DNA of 55,203 nucleotides, taken from positions 1 to 55,203 of the forward strand of contig CAJOQX010000150.1 of assembly GCA_905236865.1 (NCBI GenBank), given 5' to 3'. Shown one piece after another: positions 9,194 through 18,675 of this stretch. The number at the start of each line of letters is the position of its first letter. The first letter of the stretch is position 1. Below the pieces are notes generated by a model. That model worked only from the letters and a program-made list of their open reading frames with translations. It was not told where the DNA came from and searched no databases. The stretch comes from Candidatus Rifleibacteriota bacterium (lineage in GTDB: Bacteria; Muiribacteriota; Ozemobacteria; Ozemobacterales; Ozemobacteraceae). Both the position numbers and the translations under genes were made by a program.

Positions 9194-9935
9194 TGTGGCT
9201 TTCACACCTTCTGAAGTTCAAGCAATAGATAGTAAAGTTTGCATTGTTATAGATGTAATAAGAGCTACATCAAGTCTTACAGTTATAGCTTCTAAAAGAC
9301 CTGCTAGTCTTATTCTTACTACTACAATAATGAAAACTAGCAAGATAGCTTCGCAATTATCTGTTCATCCTTTGCTTTGTGGCGAACGAAAAGGCTTGCC
9401 TCCAGAAGGTTTTGATTTTGGAAATAGCCCAGACGAATATTACAAGTCTGATTTGAAAGGAAAGACAATAATATTTACTTCTAGTAACGGAACTAGAGCT
9501 ATAGCTGATGTTTTAGTTGCTCCTAAAGTTTATTTGGGCTGTTTCCTTAATGCGGGTGCTGTTACTCAAAAAGCGTATAATTATGCAACTACTCAAAAGA
9601 AAGATATAGTATTTGTTTGTGCTGGTAGAGAAGAAAAGTTTGCTATAGATGATGCTTATTGTGCTGGTTATCTTGTATCTCGTCTAGTTTCTTTAATTTC
9701 GCCTGATATGGAGTTTACACTTGGTGATGGGGCACAAGCAGCTTTAGGAATTTTTGGTTATTACAGAGACGATAAAAAATTATTAGAAATGTCTGGTGCA
9801 GGAAAAAATGTAATAGAAATAGGACTTGCTAATGATTTGACATTTTTACTTCAGAGGGATTTAATAGATGTTGTTCCAGAATTGATTACTAATGATAATC
9901 AAGATTGTGAATATGGATTTAAGATTTATGTATAA
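9183..9935 (+). CDS. comB: 2-phosphosulfolactate phosphatase family protein
   Basis: The ORF track starts at 9144. I prefer the ATG at 9183, preceded by AAAGGAGAAA, which gives MLIDVAFTPSEV...VIDVIRATSS, the typical ComB N-terminus. It overlaps the upstream stop by 11 nt. Confidence 0.7.
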   Translation: MLIDVAFTPSEVQAIDSKVCIVIDVIRATSSLTVIASKRPASLILTTTIMKTSKIASQLSVHPLLCGERKGLPPEGFDFGNSPDEYYKSDLKGKTIIFTSSNGTRAIADVLVAPKVYLGCFLNAGAVTQKAYNYATTQKKDIVFVCAGREEKFAIDDAYCAGYLVSRLVSLISPDMEFTLGDGAQAALGIFGYYRDDKKLLEMSGAGKNVIEIGLANDLTFLLQRDLIDVVPELITNDNQDCEYGFKIYV

Positions 9936-9959
9936 TTGAATTTTTAAGAGGCTTTTCGT

Positions 9960-11411
9960 ATGGCAGAAGAGAACAAAAAAGAAATCCCTTTTGAAATGAA
10001 GATGTACCAAAATAAAATTCCTGAAGTTATAGTAAAGGAAGAAATAAAACTAGGTCATAAAAGCTTGGTTTCTTTGCCAACACTAATGGATAAATTTCCT
10101 CTTGTCTTATTGAATTTACAAGACCCAAGTATTTTAAGAGAAAGTTCAAGAGATTTTTTTAAAAAATTACCTCATCCTGAAAGATTAATAGTTATAGCAG
10201 AGGATACTGCTACACAAATAGAATTTGACTTAGATCCAATTCCTGTATTGCCAAAAGAAGAATGTGCTCTTTTGCGTTTGAAAAATAAAAAAGGTGTTGA
10301 AGAAATAGTAAAAAAAATAGCTTCAAATCCAGAGTTTAAAAAGCCAACATTTGAGTATTTGCAAATATTGAAAGATGCTGAAATGGGATTTCAAGATTTA
10401 GTTAAAGAATTATCTAGAAGTCCAGAATTAAGCGAAAAAATATTAGCAATATGCAATACAATGGAAAGAGCAAAAGACAATCCTTTCCCAAATTTAGCAA
10501 GAGCTGTTTCTTTTGTAGGAGTTGAAGGAGTCAGACAAATGCTTATAGAAGAAGCTTTTTCTAGTCTGACGAGGATTTTCAGAAATCAGGTTGATAGGCT
10601 TTGTCACTTACGCAGAACATCTGTTTTGGCAGGTGAGCTTGGAAAATTATTTGATACGGTTAATCCTCATATTTTTTGGAGAATGAGATCAGCAGCTCTT
10701 ATGCATGATTTAGGGGCACTTGTTTTAGCTCAATATGCTCCTAAAGCTTATGAACAGGCTAGAAGTCACGCTAAGTCTCGAAAAGTAAGTACTTGTGAAG
10801 CAGAAAATCTTTATTTGGGTATAAACCATCAAGAAGCTGGACTTCTTATGGCACAGGCTATAAAATTGCCAGAATATTTATATCAGGCAATATCCAAACA
10901 TCATAATTTAGAAATAGACAAAACTGATTTGCTTCTCCAAGCTACGGTTATAGCTAATGGTTATAATAATCAAAAAATGGATATGGTTGGTAGTAGAGAT
11001 TATTATGACTGTTTAGATTATCTTGAAGAAGCTAAAAAATTAGCTGAAAAAGAAAAAAAAGATAAAGAATTTGCTAAACTAGTAGCAAAGCTTGCTCCAG
11101 ATGATGTTGAAGGACGTAAAAAGCTAGAGAAGAAATTCTACAATCTTCCTGATGAACCAAAAGAAGAAACCAAAGAACAGAGCGATTCTGAAATAGAAAC
11201 CGAACCTGTAGATGAAGTAGAAGCAAAAATACAAGAAGTTTTAGACGATTACGAACATTCAGATAATAATTCTGAATCAGATGAAGACACTCTTGATAAT
11301 AAAACAGATGATTTTACTCCAAAAACATATACATCTTTTGTTGTAGAAGAAATCTTTAACAAAAAACTTAAAGAAATTCTTAAATATGGTTATAAACTCC
11401 AAACTTTCTAA
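9960..11411 (+). CDS. HDOD-domain signalling protein with an acidic/lysine-rich disordered tail
   Basis: 483 aa. HDOD-like core: LSRSPELSEKILAICNT...ARAVSFVGVEGVRQMLIE...AALMHDLGALVLAQ...INHQEAGLLMAQAIKLPE...ISKHHN. The C-terminal 130 aa are rich in E, D and K. Confidence 0.65.
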   Translation: MAEENKKEIPFEMKMYQNKIPEVIVKEEIKLGHKSLVSLPTLMDKFPLVLLNLQDPSILRESSRDFFKKLPHPERLIVIAEDTATQIEFDLDPIPVLPKEECALLRLKNKKGVEEIVKKIASNPEFKKPTFEYLQILKDAEMGFQDLVKELSRSPELSEKILAICNTMERAKDNPFPNLARAVSFVGVEGVRQMLIEEAFSSLTRIFRNQVDRLCHLRRTSVLAGELGKLFDTVNPHIFWRMRSAALMHDLGALVLAQYAPKAYEQARSHAKSRKVSTCEAENLYLGINHQEAGLLMAQAIKLPEYLYQAISKHHNLEIDKTDLLLQATVIANGYNNQKMDMVGSRDYYDCLDYLEEAKKLAEKEKKDKEFAKLVAKLAPDDVEGRKKLEKKFYNLPDEPKEETKEQSDSEIETEPVDEVEAKIQEVLDDYEHSDNNSESDEDTLDNKTDDFTPKTYTSFVVEEIFNKKLKEILKYGYKLQTF

Positions 11412-12297
11412 AAATCTAAAAGAGTTGCTTCAACATTTTTATGAATTTATTCTTCATATAGTTGATAGGGTTGTGGCAACTAAGGTTACAGAAGCCGCAG
11501 CCGCAATAGCTTATTATGCTATTCTTTCTTTTTTTCCTTTAATTTTGTTATTGATTGCACTTAATTCTGCTTTTATACAAAGTGTTGAAGTTCAAAATCA
11601 GATAATACAATTAGCAAGGGATTATATGCCTGCTTCTGAGCAAATAATAATGGCCAATATTCAGCATTTAATAAAAGCTAGTGAAACAGTTGGTTATGTT
11701 GGAACAATTGTTTTGCTTTGGTCTGCAACTCTTGTTTTTGCTGGATTTGCCCAAAACATAAATATGGCATGGACTACGGCTAATAGCCGTCATTTTTTAG
11801 TTGACAGATTTATCGGATTACTCACAATTAGCGTAATAATAATATTTCTTGTTATTGTAATGGTTGCTACGGCAATTATAGATGCAGTACCAAGACTTTT
11901 CCCTGGATTTTTTACAACATTTATTGTTAGAGCGAATAGATTTCAGCATTTAGTTATTCAGTTTATGCCTGTAATAACTATTTTTATTTTGTTAATTCTT
12001 TTTTATAAATATATTCCGAATTGCAAAGTTTTTTGGCGTGAAGCTATAGTAGCAAGTTCTTTTTCTGGTATATGCCTTCTTATTGCCAAGTCTGCATTTA
12101 TTTGGTATATCACTCAAGGCCCTAACAGTTATAGTCTTGTTTATGGGTCATTAGGTACTGTTGTTGCGTTTATGCTTTGGCTATATTTATCTTCTTGTAT
12201 TATACTCATTGGCGGACACATCAGTGCTGCCTATGCAAAGTTTTTTAGGACTCCAAAAGAAAATGGAGAAACAAATGAGGAAAGAGATAAGATTTAA
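11386..12297 (+). CDS. YihY/BrkB (ribonuclease BN-like) family inner-membrane protein
   Basis: 303 aa with the family motif EAAAAIAYYAILSFFPLILLLI and about 6 TM helices. Its start overlaps the HDOD gene end by 26 nt. Confidence 0.7.
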   Translation: MVINSKLSKNLKELLQHFYEFILHIVDRVVATKVTEAAAAIAYYAILSFFPLILLLIALNSAFIQSVEVQNQIIQLARDYMPASEQIIMANIQHLIKASETVGYVGTIVLLWSATLVFAGFAQNINMAWTTANSRHFLVDRFIGLLTISVIIIFLVIVMVATAIIDAVPRLFPGFFTTFIVRANRFQHLVIQFMPVITIFILLILFYKYIPNCKVFWREAIVASSFSGICLLIAKSAFIWYITQGPNSYSLVYGSLGTVVAFMLWLYLSSCIILIGGHISAAYAKFFRTPKENGETNEERDKI

Positions 12298-12303
12298 TAT
12301 AAC

Positions 12304-13575
12304 TTATGCACCAATATCTCTACGATAGCGAACTTTTTCAAGATGCAGTCGTTCAATATCTGAATAGCATAGTTTTCTAGCTTCTTCTAAAGTTTCGGCT
12401 ATAGCAGTAACACTAATTAATCTGCCACTTTTAAAATAATAGCCCTCTCTATTTTCAGCTTTTCTACAGTTTGAATAAAATATCACAGAGTTTTCAATAT
12501 TTTCTGTTCCTGTTATTATTGGTTCATCGCTTTCATCTTCAGGATAGTTTTCTCTTGCTATTACCACAGAAACTGCTGAATATTTTCCAAAAGCAACTTC
12601 TGAGCCAATGTTATTTAAACAGCCCATAGCACAATCTTTTAAAATACCTGCCAAATCCCCTCTAAATCTAGTTAAAATGCTTTGAGTTTCAGGGTCTCCA
12701 AGTCTAGCATTAAATTCTAATACCTTTGGACCATCTTTTGTAAGCATTAATTGTATAGATAAAAAACCTTTGTATAAAAGATTATCTTCTTTCATTCCAT
12801 CGACAACAGGTTGAACTACAGTATCGATAATTTGTTTTTCCAGTTCAGGAGTTAAATCTGGAGATGGGCTAACAGCACCCATTCCACCAGTTGTAGCCCC
12901 TTCATCATTTTCAAGTATTCGTTTATAGTCACGGCATGAGCTGAAAGAAATCCATTGATGACCATCTGTTAAAAGTGTGTAAGAACATTCTATGCCTTCA
13001 AGTTTTTCTTGAAGAATAACAGGTGCACCATGAGTTTCTAAGAAATAATGGATTTGTTGCTGTGTTTCTTCTAATGAATCACAAACAGCAACTCCGCTTC
13101 CTCTGGAAAAACCATCGCATTTGACTACTCTTAAATTTGGATTTTTAAATAAGGCTTGTTCTGCTTCAAAAGAATTAACAACAATACTGGTCACAGGTGC
13201 TGGAATTTTGTGGCGAGCAATAAAACTAGCAGAAAAAGCTTTGCTAGTTTCTATTCTTCCTGCATCTTCTGCAGGTCCTATGACGGGTATACCAGCGAGA
13301 ACCAAGGCATCAACTGTTCCTTCTTCAACAAATTTTGAAGAACCTACTACAGCTAAATCAATTTTATCTTTACAGTAGGATACTAGTTCTGCATTAGATC
13401 TACTTGGAATACGTTTACAAATTGGTGTATCAGACATACCAACGTTTCCAGGACAAGCAAAAATTTTATGAACAGTGGGTGACTTTGCTAATGCATGAAC
13501 AAATGAATGTTCACGTGCTCCAGAACCAAGAACAAGTATATTCAACTTTAATGCCTCAAAAAATGGTTTGTGCAA
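12304..13575 (-). CDS. purD: Phosphoribosylamine--glycine ligase
   Basis: NILVLGSGAREHSF, FNARLGDPETQ and ATP-grasp motifs. The ORF opens at a TTG at 13575. The TTG at 13545 (MNILVLGSG..., with GAGG about 10 nt upstream) is a plausible true start. Confidence 0.9.
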   Translation of the reverse strand: MHKPFFEALKLNILVLGSGAREHSFVHALAKSPTVHKIFACPGNVGMSDTPICKRIPSRSNAELVSYCKDKIDLAVVGSSKFVEEGTVDALVLAGIPVIGPAEDAGRIETSKAFSASFIARHKIPAPVTSIVVNSFEAEQALFKNPNLRVVKCDGFSRGSGVAVCDSLEETQQQIHYFLETHGAPVILQEKLEGIECSYTLLTDGHQWISFSSCRDYKRILENDEGATTGGMGAVSPSPDLTPELEKQIIDTVVQPVVDGMKEDNLLYKGFLSIQLMLTKDGPKVLEFNARLGDPETQSILTRFRGDLAGILKDCAMGCLNNIGSEVAFGKYSAVSVVIARENYPEDESDEPIITGTENIENSVIFYSNCRKAENREGYYFKSGRLISVTAIAETLEEARKLCYSDIERLHLEKVRYRRDIGA

Positions 13576-13615
13576 TATTACTATGCAATAAGAATCTAGT
13601 CAATAAAAAAAAGAT

Positions 13616-15055
13616 TTATTCTCCCAAAGAAGCTTTAGCTGTTTCTAAATCTTTAATCATTGCTTCTGCATCTTTGCCAAGTTTGCTATTTGGTGATAAT
13701 GCTACAACTTTTTTATAAAAACTAAGTGCATTATCATAAGCTTCAATATTTCCAGAATGACCTTTATCCATCCATGCTAGTCCTAAATGATAATTGTATA
13801 CAACATTATCACTATCTTTATTTACGGCTTCACTTAATTTTTCAATTGCTTCGTCGAGTCTGCCTTTTTTATAAAGTTTATAACCGTCTTCGTGAATATC
13901 AACAGCACTTTTTTCTCCTTTATCTGCTAAATCGCCGTTTTTGTTCTGATTAACTTCCCCTCTTTCTTTTATTTTTGCCCAAACATCATTTTTGTTTGCT
14001 TCAGCTTTAGCTTTTTCTAAAGCTTCGTTAGCTATTCTTTGTTTTTCTTCAGCTAGTTTTGCAGCAAGACGTATTTTTTCTTCTTCTTGCCATTTATTAA
14101 GAGCACTAAAATAAGGTCTAAGAATAGAACCATATTTTCCAGGGTTACTTCTTAAAGGCTTTAAAATATCTTCAGATTCGCTATAATAACCATTAATATA
14201 CTGTAGAATACCGTAGTAGTAACGAGTTTCAAGATCGTTTGGATTTTCGCCAAATCTTAATGAATAAACTCTATTACCTTCATATATAATCCCTTTGTCA
14301 TCATTTGAAGCCAATGATGGATCTCTAATCAGCAATTCGAAATATTTGTCTAGAGCTTGATTCAATCCTTTGTTGTTGTAAATATCAAATACAGGTTGTA
14401 AAGGATTATTTTGATCGCTAGGAAGTTTCTTTAAACTTGAATTAGATTCGGTCTTTGTATTTTCTTTTTCTTCCCATTCTTTTTCAAGTTCTTTGAAAAT
14501 TTCATCGCTAGTAATTAAAAGTCTTTTTTCTAAGTTTTCTTCGTTTATTTTATTTTCAGGAATAACTAAGCCATATTTTCGAGATTTAGTAGCAGAAGCA
14601 ATTCCACCAATAGTTTCTGCTATTACAGGGTCAACTAAATCTTGTTTTACTAATTCATTTTTTTCACCAATTAGTTTAAAAAGCTTTTTTACTCTTGGAT
14701 TATTTGGATTTTTTATAGAAGCTTCTCTTAAAAGTTTTCTAGCATTAACAATATCTTTTTTGTCTATATATATTTGAGCAAGCCAAACTTTTGCATCAAA
14801 ATTAGATTTATCGACAATTAGAACATTCTCAAACTCTAGTGCGGCTTCATTTAATAACCCTTTTTTATAGCAGTTTTCCCCTTCTCTTAAAAAATTAACA
14901 ATATCATCTTCTTCTGATTGTGCATATAAAGGAGAATATAGAAAAAATAAGAAAAATACAATTACCGAAGTAATAATAAAACAACGACTTGAATTGAAAA
15001 AAATATTATTTTTTAACTGCCTTGATGCCAAAAAAGGCTTATTTGGAATTATCAT
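13616..15055 (-). CDS. TPR-repeat protein with an N-terminal membrane anchor or signal
   Basis: 479 aa with a hydrophobic N-terminus (CFIITSVIVFFLFFLYSPLYA). TPR-like units occur at both ends (YKKGLLNEAALEFENVLIVD..., YKKGRLDEAIEKLSEAVNKD...). Its start overlaps the upstream stop by 4 nt. Confidence 0.7.
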   Translation of the reverse strand: MIIPNKPFLASRQLKNNIFFNSSRCFIITSVIVFFLFFLYSPLYAQSEEDDIVNFLREGENCYKKGLLNEAALEFENVLIVDKSNFDAKVWLAQIYIDKKDIVNARKLLREASIKNPNNPRVKKLFKLIGEKNELVKQDLVDPVIAETIGGIASATKSRKYGLVIPENKINEENLEKRLLITSDEIFKELEKEWEEKENTKTESNSSLKKLPSDQNNPLQPVFDIYNNKGLNQALDKYFELLIRDPSLASNDDKGIIYEGNRVYSLRFGENPNDLETRYYYGILQYINGYYSESEDILKPLRSNPGKYGSILRPYFSALNKWQEEEKIRLAAKLAEEKQRIANEALEKAKAEANKNDVWAKIKERGEVNQNKNGDLADKGEKSAVDIHEDGYKLYKKGRLDEAIEKLSEAVNKDSDNVVYNYHLGLAWMDKGHSGNIEAYDNALSFYKKVVALSPNSKLGKDAEAMIKDLETAKASLGE

Positions 15056-16335
15056 TTTTTGATAGTGGTTGTCTGTCTCAAAGTAACCATTTTAAACTTA
15101 GGTCTAGTATCTGTCCTTATTACGTTTAACTGTGGACCAGTCAAGCCAACTCCACCTGCTGCTATTATTTCCATACTCCCATCTCCATCAAGATCTGCAA
15201 AAGTAAGCGGAGCATAAATCTTTCCAACATATCTTGGAAAACCTTTTACTGGTTGTCCATTTTTATCTAATGCTATAACACAACCAGCTTCTAGACCGTC
15301 TCCCCCATCCATAATCGAAGAGTAAACTATTTCAGGAGAACCATCTCCATCTAAATCAATTATTGTTGGTTTGCTATGAATATATGCTTCATCATTAACA
15401 TAAGGCCAACCTTCTTTAACCTTTCCATCTTTATCACAAACCATAACCTTTCCATCGCTTTGGGTAATAATAATATCATCTGTTCCGTCACCGTCTATGT
15501 CTGCTACCTGTGGGGCAGGTACACTATCTGTTGTAAGTGGAAGATTTGAAAGCAATTTACCATCTAAATCCCACATTTTAAATTCTCCAGAACCATCTGT
15601 TTTAGCTATTGTTGTGAGAATTTCTGGAATACCATCCCCATTTGTATCAGATATATTAAAATTGTTTGATGATTCTGTTTGTAGTTGTTTTACTACAGCT
15701 CCACCTTCATCAATAAAAACTACTTTACCCATACTGTCCTTAACAATCAAATATTTATCATCACCACTACCTAAATCAGAAACAAAAGGATCTCCTGTGA
15801 CAGGGTTGTTCATTTTTACAGTATGAAGCAGAGTTCCGCTGGAATCAAAAACATTAACATAGCCAGCTTCGGTACTTACAATAATATTTTTTTTGCCTGT
15901 TTTCCCAAAATCAGCAACTTTTGGAGAAGTCCAATTGACTTTACCTACGCTTTTTGTTTTCCAAAGTTCTTTACCCTTTGAATTTAAGCAATAAGTTGTT
16001 CCTCCCATTGTAGTTGCTAAAATGTTTATATGACCTTTTCCATCAAGATCAGTAACTTCAATTCCACCAGTTATTGGAGCATCAACCTGCTTTGGCCAAT
16101 AAGGAGGTCTAATTATTTCTTTGCCCTTAGATGAAAAAATATGTATTTTTCCATCTGTGGCAGCGAAAATCATATCTTTATTACCATCACTGTCAACATC
16201 ATCTATAACATGAACTTGATTATAAATATCACCGTTTACTTTTGCAGAAAATTCATTTACTTGAGCTTTCAATTCATTTATACAAAGAACAGATAAACAA
16301 ATAGTGAAAAGAACAATATTAAAACTTCGTTTCAT
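15052..16335 (-). CDS. Secreted FG-GAP/VCBS-repeat beta-propeller protein
   Basis: Signal peptide MKRSFNIVLFTICLSVLCINELKA. Calcium-binding FG-GAP-type loops recur: DVDSDGNKDMIF, DLDGKGHINIL, DTNGDGIPEIL, DIDGDGTDDIII, DLDGDGSPEIV, DLDGDGSMEII. Confidence 0.75.
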   Translation of the reverse strand: MKRSFNIVLFTICLSVLCINELKAQVNEFSAKVNGDIYNQVHVIDDVDSDGNKDMIFAATDGKIHIFSSKGKEIIRPPYWPKQVDAPITGGIEVTDLDGKGHINILATTMGGTTYCLNSKGKELWKTKSVGKVNWTSPKVADFGKTGKKNIIVSTEAGYVNVFDSSGTLLHTVKMNNPVTGDPFVSDLGSGDDKYLIVKDSMGKVVFIDEGGAVVKQLQTESSNNFNISDTNGDGIPEILTTIAKTDGSGEFKMWDLDGKLLSNLPLTTDSVPAPQVADIDGDGTDDIIITQSDGKVMVCDKDGKVKEGWPYVNDEAYIHSKPTIIDLDGDGSPEIVYSSIMDGGDGLEAGCVIALDKNGQPVKGFPRYVGKIYAPLTFADLDGDGSMEIIAAGGVGLTGPQLNVIRTDTRPKFKMVTLRQTTTIKK

Positions 16336-16351
16336 AAATTTCCTCCTATTT

Positions 16352-16828
16352 TTAGTAAACGATATTATCTCGATAAATTCTAATTATGGTTTTTATTTCA
16401 ACAATAAATTTCGTTTTTGTCGTATAGCCTTCGGAAGTTACTTCCCACATATCGAAATGACCAATAACTTTTCCATTGACTTTATGTGGAACATCCAAAT
16501 AATAAACATTTCCTTTTGAAAAAGGTTTTATAGAAGTAACTCTGTATCCACCATCCTCAAAAGATTTTTCAAAGTCTTTTTTATTAAAATTAGTTCTCAT
16601 ATCTGAATTCTTAGTAAGTTGTAAAACGTTACACATATAGATTCTAGCTCTTTCTATGCCTGCTTGAGCGTAATTTCTAGCTTTAAATCTTTGTGCTTCA
16701 ATAAAAAGCAAATCGGTTGATGTTCTTGAGCTAAACCAATATGCAAAACCCATCAGAGCAAAAATAGCAAGTAAAAACAAAGTAACAAAGGCTATAAACC
16801 CTCTTTTTTTTCTGTAATAGTATTTCAT
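16352..16828 (-). CDS. PilX/GspK-like minor pseudopilin-associated protein
   Basis: 158 aa. The N-terminus KKRGFIAFVTLFLLAIFALMGFAYW (hydrophobic helix without a canonical G/F cleavage site) is followed by a small globular domain. The gene overlaps the upstream pseudopilin gene by 4 nt. Confidence 0.5.
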   Translation of the reverse strand: MKYYYRKKRGFIAFVTLFLLAIFALMGFAYWFSSRTSTDLLFIEAQRFKARNYAQAGIERARIYMCNVLQLTKNSDMRTNFNKKDFEKSFEDGGYRVTSIKPFSKGNVYYLDVPHKVNGKVIGHFDMWEVTSEGYTTKTKFIVEIKTIIRIYRDNIVY

Positions 16829-17550
16829 TTTATGTCTGGCACCATATTTTCGTAAGGCTCCGTTACCATTTGTTTGTCAACATAAACAAAATCTGTTTCA
16901 AGTCTGACGGCAAAATCAACAGTTCTTGCAATTTTTATTTTTTTATCTTTATCTTTGTTCTTGTCTTTGTTTTTATCTTTGTCTTTATCTTTATCTTCTT
17001 CTTTAGTTGAAAATTTAATATATATTTGCTTAACATCTATAGAATCATTATATACTTCAAAAGAAACAGCATCTTCTAATACTTTTTCATAAGATTTTTT
17101 ATTATTCTTATCTCTAACCTCTCTAATTAATGTATCGTTCTTTAAAAAATAAGTAATAGCGTATATATCTTCCACATCTTGGTCAGAATCTAATACAAAC
17201 TCTAATTCATCTCTTGGATAATTTTTTTTACCAGATTGCTCGTAATCTTCTATGCTCTTTCTAAGAGTATTTCTAATTATTATTTTTCTTGGTTTAGGTT
17301 CTCCAGAATTTTCTCCTTTAATAATATAGCCATAAGTTTCGCTATTAATAAGGATAGGATTGATTTTTTTCAAATCGTAGAAGATTCTTTTCATTGCAAG
17401 AAGAGCTTTTTGGTTTAAATCCATGTTTTTTTGCCCAACTTTAACTGTATTGAGGTTGCCTCTTAAAACAACAACTAAAGTTAGTGAAATAATAGAAATG
17501 ATGAGAGCTGTTACAGATATTTCAACTAATGTAAAACCAAATTTCTTCAT
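16825..17550 (-). CDS. Minor pseudopilin (prepilin-type N-terminal cleavage/methylation domain) with an internal (KD)n repeat
   Basis: The N-terminus MKKFGFTLVEISVTALIISIISL has the G/F cleavage site and Glu+5. The low-complexity stretch EEDKDKDKDKNKDKNKDKDKK is encoded by hexamer repeats at about 16944-16996. Confidence 0.75.
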   Translation of the reverse strand: MKKFGFTLVEISVTALIISIISLTLVVVLRGNLNTVKVGQKNMDLNQKALLAMKRIFYDLKKINPILINSETYGYIIKGENSGEPKPRKIIIRNTLRKSIEDYEQSGKKNYPRDELEFVLDSDQDVEDIYAITYFLKNDTLIREVRDKNNKKSYEKVLEDAVSFEVYNDSIDVKQIYIKFSTKEEDKDKDKDKNKDKNKDKDKKIKIARTVDFAVRLETDFVYVDKQMVTEPYENMVPDIK

Positions 17551-17554
17551 TGTT

Positions 17555-18067
17555 TTAGAACCTCGTTGAAGTTTTCATATTCTGAGTGTTTGTATTAGCT
17601 CTATAATTCATTAATGTATATTTTTTAGGTTTTCCATTTTCAACCCAGGTAATTTCAATATCAATCTGGTATAAATTAGTTTCAGGTGCACCTGTTCCAA
17701 GAACTTTTATGTCTTTAGCATTGTCTATGTGTAAATGACATTTAGCTTTATATTTATTTATCAAGTCAGCAGGAAGATATAAGCCTCTAGTATTAGCATC
17801 AACAGAACTATCTGGTGGTAGAGGAATAATTATGTTTACTGGCATTTCCTGCCACATAAAAGTGTCGCTTCTAACAGTATCCATAATATTTTGAGCAGCA
17901 ACTGCAACTTCAAAGACGTTTCCGCCACTTTCTACTGTTCTAGTACCAGTTAAAAATATAGTTAAAACAGGCAAAATCCCAACGCCGCAAATAAAAATAG
18001 TTATAAGAATTTCAACAAAAGTAAAAGCTTTTTTACTAGTTAATTTGTTTTTAAACCAGTTCACCAT
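17555..18067 (-). CDS. Minor pseudopilin (prepilin-type N-terminal domain, Ala at -1)
   Basis: 170 aa with KKAFTFVEILITIFICGVGILPVL: a prepilin-like leader, Glu+5 and a hydrophobic helix. Confidence 0.65.
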   Translation of the reverse strand: MVNWFKNKLTSKKAFTFVEILITIFICGVGILPVLTIFLTGTRTVESGGNVFEVAVAAQNIMDTVRSDTFMWQEMPVNIIIPLPPDSSVDANTRGLYLPADLINKYKAKCHLHIDNAKDIKVLGTGAPETNLYQIDIEITWVENGKPKKYTLMNYRANTNTQNMKTSTRF

Positions 18068-18675
18068 TTTCTCCTTTTGTTAGCTTGTTCTGGTGGAACA
18101 AAACCTTCTTCAAATTCAGCAAAACTTTGAAGATATTTTATTCCTTCTGCTGCATTTTGAGCAGCTTGAGTACCAGGATACTTTTTAACTATTTCCATAA
18201 AAAGCTCTAAGGCGGCTTTATTGTTCTTTTCTCTAAAAAAGATTTCGGCAATGCATAAAGAAGCGATGCTAGCTTCCTCGCCTTCAGGATATTCGTCTAA
18301 AATAGCTTGAAAATTACTCTTAGCTTCAGCATAATTTTCTGCTTCCATAAATTTTATACCATCAAGGTATCTTTTTTCAAAAAAAGATACTGGAGCAAAA
18401 GACGAGGAATTAGATGAATGAGAATGAGAGGAGGGTTTATCGATAGAGTAGTTCAAACCAGTTTTATTTAAAAGCTCGGAAGCATCATCAGGAACAGTCA
18501 ACTCTTCGTCTTCATATTTTTCTTCTATTTTGGTTTCTATTTTTTTTGTCTCTTTTTTAACAGTTATTGTTTTTTTTCGGCAACAACCAACCATCTGTAA
18601 TATAATTACAGTATATAAGCCAAATATTAAACATTTATTTAGATTATAAAACTTCATTCTTTTCTTTTTTAACAA
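18061..18675 (-). CDS. TPR lipoprotein (BamD/YbgF-like)
   Basis: Lipobox-like LQMVGC after a hydrophobic leader. The C-terminal TPR region reads GIKFMEAENYAEAKSNFQAILDEYPEGEEA...ALELFMEIVKKYPGTQAAQNA. It overlaps both neighbouring genes by 7 nt. Confidence 0.6.
   Translation of the reverse strand: MLKKKRMKFYNLNKCLIFGLYTVIILQMVGCCRKKTITVKKETKKIETKIEEKYEDEELTVPDDASELLNKTGLNYSIDKPSSHSHSSNSSSFAPVSFFEKRYLDGIKFMEAENYAEAKSNFQAILDEYPEGEEASIASLCIAEIFFREKNNKAALELFMEIVKKYPGTQAAQNAAEGIKYLQSFAEFEEGFVPPEQANKRRKW

Noticed and set aside
16800-16812. A8/T8 homopolymer near the 5' end of the PilX-like gene, and similar runs elsewhere, as phase-variation switches
   Set aside because: Runs of 7-9 A/T are frequent throughout this AT-rich sequence, in coding and non-coding DNA alike. 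Without read-level length heterogeneity there is no basis for calling phase variation.
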